Below are positions 15,879 to 24,218 of a DNA stretch of 32,000 nucleotides, one piece after another. Made by a program: the position numbers and the translations under genes. Positions within the stretch are counted from its first letter, which is position 1, and each line of letters starts with the position of its first letter. The DNA is from Candidatus Iainarchaeum sp. (GTDB lineage: Archaea; Iainarchaeota; Iainarchaeia; Iainarchaeales; VGJJ01), in NCBI GenBank assembly GCA_030688545.1, contig JAUYHT010000002.1, positions 360,001 to 392,000 of the forward strand, in the 5' to 3' direction. Under the pieces are notes generated by a model that worked only from the letters and a program-made list of their open reading frames with translations, made no database searches and was not told the DNA's origin.

Positions 15879-16601
15879 TCATTTTTGGATTAGTTTGGTT
15901 ACGACCTCACCTTTCGTGGCGTGGTTGAGGCGGTCGAAGAGTTCCTGCTTCATTCCACCCGGGATCTCGACGAGGGCCACTAAACTCCCATCGGATTGCC
16001 ATTCCTGTTGCTTCAACCCATAGGAATGGAGTACATTCAGGGCGGCCCCCGCATACTGGGGGGGGACTTTGACCCCCACGGTGATCTTCTCCATTGAAAT
16101 GGGGAGGATCTGCCTGAGCTTGGGGATAATATCATTCACCTGGGAGGTTACATCTTTAAACTCATCCACATGAACCTTGGCCTCCTCCAAGGCATGCTCG
16201 ATGCGGAGGGGCGGGTGAGGGGTGTTGGTTTGGGGGTTGAAGGCGTTTTGGGCGATGAAGGCAATGATCTGGCGGCGCTTCTCCTCGCGAAGATGCTTCC
16301 GCTGCTCGGTAGTTAACTGGACCTCGCCATCCTTAACAATCTTGAGGGCAATCTCCCGCGCATCCTTGGTTCCAAAGGCGTGTTGAAGGTCGCTTTCGGT
16401 GGCCTCATCCCCGGCCCTGGCATCCACGAATATCTTTTCCACAGCGAGAAGGTCATGGTTGCTCACGGTTTGCCCGCGGCGCACCTGGAGAGCGAGATCC
16501 GGGTCGACGAGGACCTCGAAACGGGTTCCGCTCTTGGAGAGGCGGGCGATCACAGCATCTTCGAGTTGGACCATAATGGGTGCTTCATTTGGCATATCCA
16601 T
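15879..16601 (-). CDS. SBDS-family ribosome maturation protein (SDO1)
   Basis: [33 protein letters not shown] is the conserved SBDS N-terminus. The track start at 16634 is a TTG. In-frame ATGs lie at 16601, 16595 and 16574; the last gives the family-typical [12 protein letters not shown] start. Confidence 0.85.
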   Translation of the reverse strand: MDMPNEAPIMVQLEDAVIARLSKSGTRFEVLVDPDLALQVRRGQTVSNHDLLAVEKIFVDARAGDEATESDLQHAFGTKDAREIALKIVKDGEVQLTTEQRKHLREEKRRQIIAFIAQNAFNPQTNTPHPPLRIEHALEEAKVHVDEFKDVTSQVNDIIPKLRQILPISMEKITVGVKVPPQYAGAALNVLHSYGLKQQEWQSDGSLVALVEIPGGMKQELFDRLNHATKGEVVTKLIQK

Positions 16602-16658
16602 TCCGGGAAAATAATTCCTCGGAATGGTTTCCAATGGGGGATGGGTGAATGGGTATAT

Positions 16659-16693
16659 CGTTAATATCTTTTTGATTCGTTATATCTTTTTGA
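16659..16693 (-). promoter_or_regulatory. Duplicated TATA-like element (minus strand TCAAAAAGATATAACG / TCAAAAAGATATTAACG) upstream of the SBDS gene
   Basis: Two tandem near-identical 16-17-nt units lie at 16659-16675 and 16678-16693, in the 71-nt psmA-SBDS gap. Confidence 0.35.
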
Positions 16694-16705
16694 GAGGAGA
16701 GGGGA

Positions 16706-17446
16706 TCACTCCGCCGATTCCCCTTTTGAACCCAGGATGGATTTCAATTCGCTCTTGGCAAAACGCTGGAATGGCTTTCCCGCTTCGATGTAACCAAAAT
16801 CCACGCGGTCGAGGCTCAATTTGGTGCCTTTGGGCATACTGGATTCAAGAGCGTTATACACCAGCCTCGCCGCCGGATCACGAGCGGTGTGGGGGGAATA
16901 GTTTTTCTCGAAGAAATCCATGACTTCTTTACGACCGGAGCCCACGGCGACCGCCATGTATTCGGCCAGCGCCCCCGAGGGTTCCGTTTCGAACAACCGC
17001 GGCCCGGACTCATCCACGCCCCCGATGATGAAAGCCACCCCAAAAGGGCGCATCCCCGCGTATTGGGTGAAGGCCTGCTTCACGGAAGAGATGTCTTTGG
17101 CTAACGTCTCCACGTGGATGGGATCATCGTAGAACATGATGTTTTCCTGGGCCCGCTGGCGCGCTCCCTGAATGAGACGCCGGGCATCCCCCACTAACCC
17201 CGCTGAGACCGCGGCGATGTGGTCATCGATCTTGAATAATTTTTCGATGGAATCCGGAAGGATAAGTTTGCTCGTGACATTCTTATCGGTACCAAAAACA
17301 ACGCCCCCTTTGTATACGCAGGCCGCTCCCGTGGTGCCCTGCTGGACGATTTTGGAAGCATACTCCACTTGGTACAACCGGCCATCCGGACTGAACATGG
17401 TGGCCGAACGGTCATAAGCAGCTGATTTGGCGGAACCGGGATACAT
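16706..17446 (-). CDS. psmA: Proteasome alpha subunit
   Basis: YDRSATMFSPDGRLYQVEYASKIVQQG is the alpha-subunit signature. The protein is 246 aa. AGGAGAAAG lies 8 nt upstream of the ATG. Confidence 0.95.
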   Translation of the reverse strand: MYPGSAKSAAYDRSATMFSPDGRLYQVEYASKIVQQGTTGAACVYKGGVVFGTDKNVTSKLILPDSIEKLFKIDDHIAAVSAGLVGDARRLIQGARQRAQENIMFYDDPIHVETLAKDISSVKQAFTQYAGMRPFGVAFIIGGVDESGPRLFETEPSGALAEYMAVAVGSGRKEVMDFFEKNYSPHTARDPAARLVYNALESSMPKGTKLSLDRVDFGYIEAGKPFQRFAKSELKSILGSKGESAE

Positions 17447-17490
17447 GAACGCTTTCTCCTGGGGGTATGTGGGAAGTGACGCCGGATTAG

Positions 17491-17498
17491 TTTAAAAA
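17491..17498 (-). promoter_or_regulatory. TATA box candidate (TTTTTAAA on the minus strand) for psmA
   Basis: It is centred about 48 nt upstream of ATG 17446. This leaves room for a leader of about 20 nt carrying the AGGAG ribosome-binding site. Confidence 0.35.
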
Positions 17499-17506
17499 GT
17501 CCCCTT

Positions 17507-17878
17507 TCACGTGCCTGAATCCAAGCGCGGCCGGAGGGATTTGATAGTACCACTCGTCTGGAGGGTCCGGAGAACGGCTTTTTTTCCGGCGAAAGAGGAA
17601 ACGAGCACGAGGGCCGCGATGAGGGCCTCCTTGGAAGAATGGGCACAGCGGAGAATCCCCATTCCCGAATGAGGATTAAATGAAATGAGCTTCACGCGGT
17701 GGGGGGGAAGGCCTAACGTGCCGAAGCATTGAAGGAGATGCTGGTGCAATGTTTTGGCCAAATCATCCCGGGAGATTTTTTCTATATTTTCCACGCGCAC
17801 GCGAAACAGGATGTATCTCTTTTTTCCCCGCCGGGACAAAGGGATGGTGGACACTTTTTTCTTCTGGATGCGGGCCAT
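17507..17878 (-). CDS. rnp2: RNase P protein component 2 (Pop5/Rpp14 homolog)
   Basis: 123 aa with the pattern KRYILFRV...LLQCFGTLGL...GILRCAHSSKEALIAALVLV...TSGTIKSL, which is typical of archaeal Pop5. Its position in the superoperon agrees. Confidence 0.7.
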   Translation of the reverse strand: MARIQKKKVSTIPLSRRGKKRYILFRVRVENIEKISRDDLAKTLHQHLLQCFGTLGLPPHRVKLISFNPHSGMGILRCAHSSKEALIAALVLVSSFAGKKAVLRTLQTSGTIKSLRPRLDSGT

Positions 17879-17890
17879 GAGGACACAATC

Positions 17891-18445
17891 TCACGTGGAG
17901 GATTTAATGACGGGGGATAGGCGCTTTTTCGTTCCCAGGAAATGGGAGAAAAGCGCCTGTTCTTCGGGAGCGGTTATCCGCTCATGGGGTTCCAAAGCGA
18001 AACTGGCGATGCGCGCGGGAACCCTGGATTTGTGAAGGAGGCGCGCCAGCTTCTGGAATTCCAACAGCGCCGCCGTATCTTTTTGGGATATGGCGCGTTG
18101 AATATCCCGCACCGAAAAAACAACCCCCATCCCTTTGACTCTGGCCGCATTCATCCACCCCGCGTCCAGGATGGGTTTTGAAGAAATGGAAACGTAAACG
18201 GAATGAATACCCTTGAGCTTCAATGCGTCAAAAGCCGACTGGAGGGAATGCACCTGCCAAATGATGGGAATCTTTTTGGAAAACGCGCGCTGAAGCTGCG
18301 CGTGATCCCCTTGCGTGAGGAAAAGAAATTTAGGGTGAGACACATACTGGTGAGTTTGAGCCTCCTCCACGGAATGAAACAGAATCCCCTGCGGGCGCGT
18401 GGCATCGTGCAAGGCGGAAGGGTAGATGAGGTCTTCGAATGGCAT
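17891..18445 (-). CDS. rnp3: RNase P protein component 3 (Rpp30 homolog), divergent and short
   Basis: 184 aa. The call rests mainly on synteny (between rpl15e and pop5) and on the C-terminal pattern GVVFSVRDI...LLEFQKLARLLHKSRVPARIASFALEPHE. Confidence 0.55.
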   Translation of the reverse strand: MPFEDLIYPSALHDATRPQGILFHSVEEAQTHQYVSHPKFLFLTQGDHAQLQRAFSKKIPIIWQVHSLQSAFDALKLKGIHSVYVSISSKPILDAGWMNAARVKGMGVVFSVRDIQRAISQKDTAALLEFQKLARLLHKSRVPARIASFALEPHERITAPEEQALFSHFLGTKKRLSPVIKSST

Positions 18446-18482
18446 TAATAAAAAAGCGTCGGGAAGTTTAAGGGATTACGCC

Positions 18483-19100
18483 CTACTTGGCCTTTCGGTT
18501 GTGAGCGCGCTGGGAGGGGCGGACCTTTTCAGTGCCGCGTCTTCCCGCTGGCTTTCGGAGGCCGCGACTTTTTCGGGCCGCGCTGGTCTTGCCGCGAAAC
18601 ACTCTTTTGGTGTGCTGGGGCATGGCGATCCAATTCAAATCCTTGTCGGCGCGAATGGACGGGTTATGCGGGTCCACGAGGATGACTTCGAAGAATTTAT
18701 GGCGACCATCCTGGGCAACCCAGTAGGAGTTGAGCACTTCCATATTGGGATGACCGCGGGCGGCGCGCTCCTCGGCCATGGCCTGGATGTTCTTGCGCCG
18801 GGTGATCTTATTGACCCCCATCCGCTTGGGTTTGCGGCCGCGATTAGGACGGAGAACCAGACCGCCGCCTCGGCGGATACGCATGCGAACGACAATGATG
18901 CCGGGTTTGGCTTTGTAGCCTAATGCCCGGGCGCGGAAGATATTGGTGGGCTTATCGAGCGTCACGGAACTCGTGAGGGCGCGGCGGTAGGACATGAGAC
19001 GAGAGCGATAGAGTTGTCCATAGTCCGTGTCAGAGGCCGAATCATATTGTCGCGCGGATTGCTGACGCAAGGCGTTTTGAACATGGGCACGGAGGGACAT
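18483..19100 (-). CDS. rpl15e: Ribosomal protein eL15
   Basis: Motifs DKPTNIFRARALGYKAKPGIIVVRMRIRRGGG and NSYWVAQDGRHKFFEVILVDPHNPSIRAD. ATG 19100 (MSLRAHVQNALR) fits family N-termini better than the track start at 19166. Confidence 0.9.
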   Translation of the reverse strand: MSLRAHVQNALRQQSARQYDSASDTDYGQLYRSRLMSYRRALTSSVTLDKPTNIFRARALGYKAKPGIIVVRMRIRRGGGLVLRPNRGRKPKRMGVNKITRRKNIQAMAEERAARGHPNMEVLNSYWVAQDGRHKFFEVILVDPHNPSIRADKDLNWIAMPQHTKRVFRGKTSAARKSRGLRKPAGRRGTEKVRPSQRAHNRKAK

Positions 19101-19162
19101 GATGGAGGAAGTCGCCTTGGAAACGCTTATAAACGCCTCTCTCAGGACACCGAACGTCTCTC

Positions 19163-19894
19163 TCAAGACGCCGAAACCGTGAAATTCTTATCCGGCGAAA
19201 TACCTACATTCCCCACCGTGTCAATCGCCAACACTTTATAGGTATGCGCCCCTACGGGAAAGGTGGAAACATAATTGCACTGGGAAATCTTCACCCTCTG
19301 GTTGCAGGATTTCTTGAGAGCTTCATCCACGTAAATTTCCACTTGCGTCAAGCCCGAACGATCCTCCACTAAAGCGGAGAGGGTGACATTCTGGTTCACC
19401 TTGGGATTGGCCGGGTCATGGAATACCGAGATACTGGGGGGAAGGGTGTCATTGGTCTGGAAGGCCGTCTGGATGTCGAGGATAAAGTAGTCCCGCTCGG
19501 GTTCGTAACCTACACTCCCATCCCGGAATGTGGCTTTAGCATAGTAATTCAGTGTCCCCACTTCCACCTGTTCCCATTTGGCGGTGCAAGGGTCATTTGT
19601 ACACGGGGTGGTGACCCATCCCCCGTGCTGGCGGATCCAAATCTCCATGCGCTCCACTTGCGCGGGAAGAGTAGTGGAGGCCGTGAACGTAACGGTGTCC
19701 CCCGCGAGTGGTTGAGAAGGTTCATAGGTGATGGACACCTTTGGGGTAAATGGAAGGATGGGGGGATTCGTATTGGGAGGCTCGATGGGAGGCTGATTGG
19801 TGGGGGGAAGGATAGGGGTTTGCTGGTCCCCGGGATTGGAGACGCAGCCCAGGAAGAAAATGGCGATGAGGGGAAGCAAGAGGAGCTTATTCAT
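19163..19894 (-). CDS. Secreted lipoprotein with a Pro-rich linker and two Ig-like beta domains
   Basis: From ATG 19894 the protein reads MNKLLLLPLIAIFFLGCVSNPG (lipobox). A linker PILPPTNQPPIEPPNTNPPILP follows. Two repeats of about 90 aa end in TVTFTAS and NFTVSAS. Confidence 0.6.
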   Translation of the reverse strand: MNKLLLLPLIAIFFLGCVSNPGDQQTPILPPTNQPPIEPPNTNPPILPFTPKVSITYEPSQPLAGDTVTFTASTTLPAQVERMEIWIRQHGGWVTTPCTNDPCTAKWEQVEVGTLNYYAKATFRDGSVGYEPERDYFILDIQTAFQTNDTLPPSISVFHDPANPKVNQNVTLSALVEDRSGLTQVEIYVDEALKKSCNQRVKISQCNYVSTFPVGAHTYKVLAIDTVGNVGISPDKNFTVSAS

Positions 19895-20106
19895 ACCCAG
19901 CGAAAGGGAGTGGAGTATAAATGAGTTTCCTCGAGGGCCGGGTTGAGGAAAAATAAGGAATACCGTGCGGGGCATGTAAGGGAGGACGAATGGGATTAAA
20001 TGGATTCACCCACCCCCAATCATAGCATGGAAGGCCATGGCTGATTCCGGGATCGCTAGGCGAAAACGGGATTATCCACCAGTGTAATGGCCAACCCAAA
20101 CCGGCC

Positions 20107-20178
20107 GGCCCCGTAGTCTATCGGCTAGGATGCCACCTTGACATGGTGGAGGGGGCAGTTCGATTCTGCCCGGGGCCA
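20107..20178 (+). tRNA. tRNA-Val: tRNA-Val, anticodon GAC
   Basis: Hand-folded cloverleaf. The acceptor stem is GGCCCCG/CGGGGCC. The anticodon stem is CCACC/GGTGG with loop TTGACAT. The T arm is GGCAG-TTCGATT-CTGCC. The discriminator is A, the variable loop is 4 nt, and no CCA is encoded. Confidence 0.85.
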
Positions 20179-20371
20179 TTATTAGGATACCGTGACTGAA
20201 AAAAATAACCATTCTCTCAAAATTTTCAATGTCATGCCCATAAACCGAGGGAAATCCCTTCCCATTTCCATGGGATAAAAACCCGAAGGGGACGTAACCC
20301 TTTTCAGTAAAGCTTTAGGAAAGGTTCCCGAAAATTTTCATAAAAAGCAAAGGGGAGACAAGGCTTTACGA

Positions 20372-21364
20372 ATGACTACCCGATCTGAAAAAGGCCGGGT
20401 GGGGGTGTTCCAAATGAGAAAGATGGACAATAACATAAGAAAAAAGGATGATACTATCATGGGCCTCCTCGCCCTCGGGATGCTCGCGCTCCTCATGGGA
20501 GGGAGTGCTGCGGCCGCTGGAATTGAAGTGTTTTCTTCAGCCCCAGCCATCAGCGAAACTGGATTGGTCACATTACCTTATGAGAAAAAAATAGATAGCC
20601 ACAATGAGACGGACGCGGAAGCCAATGTGAAATGGCAGACCGATGACGATGTGGAAAAAACTATCAGCATCCGCGCGGAATCCGATAATGAGTGGAATCC
20701 AAATACCCGCCTCGCGAGCGACGTGACAGCGGATATCCGAACGAATGGATTCACCGTGAGCAGCGAACGCATCACGCATGAAGTAGGGGTTTATTCCAAG
20801 GCGCACACTGGAGTCGCCGTAGCCTCCCGCGTGGAAGCACGAGAACGTCTCCTCGGGGATGTGGATAATGCCCCCGCAAAAGAAAAACAGGAATTCAAGA
20901 TCGCCGCCAGGGCATTGCGGAGCAACATCCGGCAATTCGTGGAAAATGACATTACCTTGGGAGGATCCTACAATGGGTTCTTCGGGGGGGACATCTTTCC
21001 CACGGTCATGGCAACCCCCTTCACTATCACCCAGAAACTGGAACTCTTGCAGGGGCTGTTCATGGGGATGGAGAATGAAAACTATTCCCGACACACCTTC
21101 ATGGCCTGGTCCATCAACCAGGATTTCATCGCCATGGGAAAGATGGGGGGTACTATTGAGAATGGAATCTTCAGCGGACTCGGGTATGGTTGGCACAATG
21201 GAAACTCCCAAGTGATGAAACTCTTCCTCGGGAATGGGTTCATAGCCGGCCTGCAGGGCACCAATGTGTTTTGGGGAACCTATGACGCCGAAGGGAATTT
21301 CACGCTGGTTAACTTGGGTGGAAATGCCCAGCAAACCATCACGGGGACATTCACATTGTACTGA
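20372..21364 (+). CDS. Secreted hypothetical protein
   Basis: 330-aa ORF. The hydrophobic signal MGLLALGMLALLMGGSAAAAG follows a basic N-region. An alternative ATG at 20414 is preceded by GGTGGGGGTG. The Gly/Asn/Phe-rich C-terminal half suggests a beta-rich fold. Confidence 0.6.
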   Translation: MTTRSEKGRVGVFQMRKMDNNIRKKDDTIMGLLALGMLALLMGGSAAAAGIEVFSSAPAISETGLVTLPYEKKIDSHNETDAEANVKWQTDDDVEKTISIRAESDNEWNPNTRLASDVTADIRTNGFTVSSERITHEVGVYSKAHTGVAVASRVEARERLLGDVDNAPAKEKQEFKIAARALRSNIRQFVENDITLGGSYNGFFGGDIFPTVMATPFTITQKLELLQGLFMGMENENYSRHTFMAWSINQDFIAMGKMGGTIENGIFSGLGYGWHNGNSQVMKLFLGNGFIAGLQGTNVFWGTYDAEGNFTLVNLGGNAQQTITGTFTLY

Positions 21365-21434
21365 ATGCTCCTTGAGAAATGTGAAGAATGCGGGTGGCGC
21401 GCACCCCCTTAATCCCCCCTCCTCCCCTATCTCC

Positions 21435-21460
21435 GGGGGGCGCGCCCCTATTTAATTTTT
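21435..21460 (+). terminator. GC palindrome (GGGGCGCGCCCC) followed by TATTTAATTTTT
   Basis: A perfect 12-nt palindrome at 21437-21448 is followed by a T-rich run. It lies between convergent gene ends (21364 and 21469). A second hairpin, GGGTG-GCGCG-CACCC, is at 21392-21406. Confidence 0.4.
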
Positions 21461-21468
21461 GAGAAAAC

Positions 21469-23082
21469 TCATTTCCGAGCATGGGGGAAATGATGGTGTT
21501 TCTTGTGATCCTCTTCAGATTCTGACCCATCCACGGACGAAGAATGGTTGTTCTCTTCTTTTGGAGAAGCCGAAGAATCTTTCTTTTCGGGGGCGGGAAT
21601 GGTGGGAAGTGGAGTTGAGGCGTTCCCGGATGATTTGGAATGGATCAACTGGTTGATGAGAGCGGATAGTTGAGCCGCCGCGTCATCCATTTGCTTCACC
21701 CGCTTGTCCATTTCCACCAGTTTTTGGTCCACACGGGATTCGAGGGAACTGGTGGATTTCTTGAACGCCGTTAACGTATCCTCGCGCTCCATATTGGCCT
21801 TGCGGAGAGAAGCGATGAACTGCTTCTGGAACATGTCCAGAGATTGCATGCGGGTGTCGGCCTCCATGAGCTTCTGACCTAATTCCTTCTTGGAGGCATT
21901 GAATTCATCCATTTGGGTCTTTACATGGACATCAAAATCAGCTGTCTTCTGGTGAATGAGGGTGTCCATTTTGGTATTCACGATCTTGTCAATACCATTG
22001 ATCTTCTCATCCACGTCTTCTAAACGCGTAGCGAGTTCATCGTCGAAATGGGCCTTGGCGGCATCCAATTGATGGGTTAAATCGGCGAACTCCTTAAGCA
22101 CCTCCTGGACATCACGCGAGGCCAAGTCGGCACCCAATTTCTTGAGTTGAATAATCTCATCCTGCATGTCATCCCGCAAGTCCTTCACGCGCGCTTCTAG
22201 TATTTGGTTGGCCTGTTGCTGGAGCTGGTCCGCGAGGCCGGAGGTTATTTTCTGCTCCAATTCTAAAGTATGCGTGGCGCGTGTTTCGACATCGCGGAGT
22301 TTTTCTTCGGTGGAGGAAACCAAATCATTGACCCTGGACTCGATGTCGTCCAGTTTGGTGTTGACATCATCCAAAATGGATCGGCGCAGGGAATCCAACC
22401 CCTCCACTTTTGTGGAGAAATCCGCCACCAAATCCTGCAAAATCATCCGCTGACCCTTGATGCGCTGTAAGTCTTCTTGCGTGGCGAGATTTAAGGTCTT
22501 GATCTCCTCGATCTTCTGGGTGAGCATCCCATCCATGTCGCGGGATTTGGCGTTGAGTTGGCCCTCGATGCGCATGCTCATGAGATCACGCTGGCTTTCA
22601 AAGAGGGTTTCCATTTTCTTCTCGAGGGCTTTTACATGCTGTTGAATGCGGGCCTCCATGGCATCATCGATGGACTTTTCCAATTGCTCCATTTTGACGA
22701 GCTTGGAATTCACCGTGTCGAGGATTCCTTTCTCCCAGAGATCGACGTTGGACTTGAAGGAAGGCGGGGTGGGAAGGGTAAGCGTGGAAGTATGGGCGGA
22801 AGGCGCACGCATCGTGCCTCGATGGGGAGGTGATGAAGGTTGGGATGACGCATGAGGTGAGGAATGGGCGGGGAGAGATGCATCCGATGAAATGGGTTTT
22901 TCCTTGGATTCATGCGAGTGGGCTGCTGTTTCCATTTGCTCCCGGTGGGCGTCGCGGTATACTTCTTCCGCCTGGTGGTGGGTTAGGCCCATGGCCTGGA
23001 GCTCCTTCACTAATTCATCCCGCTCCAAACCCATGCGGACGAGCTTCCGGACCGATTCGAGGATAGCGGGGCTGTAGGGCAT
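21469..23082 (-). CDS. Long coiled-coil / helical-repeat protein with a small UBA-like N-terminal domain and a His-rich C-terminus
   Basis: From ATG 23082 the protein reads MPYSPAILESVRKLVRMGLERDELVKELQAMGLTHHQAEEVYRDA. A Ser/Pro/His-rich linker follows, then about 400 aa of amphipathic helix repeats (for example LDDVNTKLDDIESRVNDLVSSTEEKLRDVE). The protein ends in HKKHHHFPHARK. The track start at 23193 is a TTG. Confidence 0.7.
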   Translation of the reverse strand: MPYSPAILESVRKLVRMGLERDELVKELQAMGLTHHQAEEVYRDAHREQMETAAHSHESKEKPISSDASLPAHSSPHASSQPSSPPHRGTMRAPSAHTSTLTLPTPPSFKSNVDLWEKGILDTVNSKLVKMEQLEKSIDDAMEARIQQHVKALEKKMETLFESQRDLMSMRIEGQLNAKSRDMDGMLTQKIEEIKTLNLATQEDLQRIKGQRMILQDLVADFSTKVEGLDSLRRSILDDVNTKLDDIESRVNDLVSSTEEKLRDVETRATHTLELEQKITSGLADQLQQQANQILEARVKDLRDDMQDEIIQLKKLGADLASRDVQEVLKEFADLTHQLDAAKAHFDDELATRLEDVDEKINGIDKIVNTKMDTLIHQKTADFDVHVKTQMDEFNASKKELGQKLMEADTRMQSLDMFQKQFIASLRKANMEREDTLTAFKKSTSSLESRVDQKLVEMDKRVKQMDDAAAQLSALINQLIHSKSSGNASTPLPTIPAPEKKDSSASPKEENNHSSSVDGSESEEDHKKHHHFPHARK

Positions 23083-23204
23083 GCTTGGAAAAGGGTTTTT
23101 GCCGAATAAAAAGTAGTCCTTTCCCAGGGAGGGGATGGGGCGTTTTATAAAACGATGGCGGGAGGATTTTGATATCGGAAAAGTCCCTTTCAACCGAATC
23201 GGCT

Positions 23205-23237
23205 TTTTTGATCAAACTTTTTTTCTAAAAAAGTTTG
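23205..23237. repeat. Dispersed fifth copy of the TTTGATCAAA + CAAAC-T7/A6-GTTTG palindromic element
   Basis: TTTTTTGATCAAACTTTTTTTCTAAAAAAGTTTG differs by one loop base from the copies at 10595-10629 and 10726-10760. Its last G is G1 of tRNA-Ala. Confidence 0.8.
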
Positions 23238-23308
23238 GGCGCTTGGCGCAATGGTAGCGCGCTTCCATGGCATGGAAGAGGTTGGGGGTTCAAGTCCCCC
23301 AGCGTCCA
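23237..23308 (+). tRNA. tRNA-Ala: tRNA-Ala, anticodon GGC
   Basis: Hand-folded cloverleaf. The acceptor stem is GGGCGCT/AGCGTCC and includes the G3:U70 alanine identity pair. The anticodon stem is CTTCC/GGAAG with loop ATGGCAT. The T arm is GGGGG-TTCAAGT-CCCCC. The discriminator is A. Confidence 0.9.
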
Positions 23309-23385
23309 TCGCGGTTTTCGACTACGATACCCATTTGAAGGGAAAAAGGGCCAACGGTTAATAAGTTGGGGTAAATGGACTCATT

Positions 23386-24126
23386 ATGGCAACATTGACC
23401 AACAGTTTTTTTGACATCAACAAGCTGCCAGCCGAAGAAGGCATTTTAGTTTTCCCCATTTCAATGAGTCGAATTTCCAACATACAAGACGCAAAACATT
23501 GTTGGGATTATTTATTGATATTCAGTCCAGAAAAAATAATCAAACCATTGGTAGGATTAAATTTTTTCTATTGCGACTACCTCTATTTTTCATCCGATGA
23601 AAAGGCATCAACACTAAAAAAGAAATTTAGTCAATTGATTGTAAATCACAAAAATGAATTTCTCAATATTATTCGCAAAAATCCATTTTATATTGAAAAG
23701 GCTGTCTCTTTTACGACTTGGAATCAGATATATCTGGACTGCAAAGATTTTACCAGATTTTTTGGAGAGCTCAAAAGGTTATATCAGTCGGACGAGAAGT
23801 TGAGGGGATACATGAAAGAAGATGCGGCACGGGCGAAGAAAAAGTTGACTCTAAATCAAATTGACTTCTTCCTGGAGGAGATTTTATTTTCTTATCTGGT
23901 GACGAAAGGGGAGGTTACACTCCACAATGAATTTATTCAGAATCACCACAAGTGGATTTTATATTGTTATCCAGGTAAACCATTGAAAGCTCAGATTTAT
24001 ATTTTTCAGAAAAACCCATTCAAACGGTATAATCCCAACAATAAGTTTGATGATGCATACTATGATTTGGCCGACAAAAAACTATACAACCTTGCAAAAA
24101 TTGACCTCAAAACATTTGATCTATAA
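23386..24126 (+). CDS. Hypothetical protein in the AT-rich island, with a weak colinear resemblance (judged by eye) to tRNA-dependent cyclodipeptide synthases
   Basis: 246-aa ORF with AT-rich codon usage. Segments of interest: ILVFPISMSRISN, KAVSFTTWNQIY...ELKRLYQSDEKLRGYMKEDA, LNQIDFFLEEILFSY and WILYCYPGKP. See the corresponding finding. Confidence 0.55.
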   Translation: MATLTNSFFDINKLPAEEGILVFPISMSRISNIQDAKHCWDYLLIFSPEKIIKPLVGLNFFYCDYLYFSSDEKASTLKKKFSQLIVNHKNEFLNIIRKNPFYIEKAVSFTTWNQIYLDCKDFTRFFGELKRLYQSDEKLRGYMKEDAARAKKKLTLNQIDFFLEEILFSYLVTKGEVTLHNEFIQNHHKWILYCYPGKPLKAQIYIFQKNPFKRYNPNNKFDDAYYDLADKKLYNLAKIDLKTFDL

Positions 24127-24218
24127 CCCGACTATACCATATTTTTAGAATGCTTCAATGTGAATCATAATCGATACATATTTAAATCATTTATGGGGTT
24201 ATTGGTTTAGGTGACTGT

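Noticed and set aside
20033-20092. 60-nt element closed by GGCCAT/ATGGCC upstream of tRNA-Val, considered as a tRNA or sRNA
   Set aside because: It has no cloverleaf, no T-loop consensus and no properly placed C/D boxes. It is probably incidental complementarity.
20573-21334. 253-aa minus-strand ORF opposite the 330-aa plus-strand ORF
   Set aside because: The plus-strand frame has an ATG start, a ribosome-binding site, a signal peptide and a plausible beta-rich composition. The minus-strand translation has no motifs and odd composition, so it was treated as a shadow ORF.
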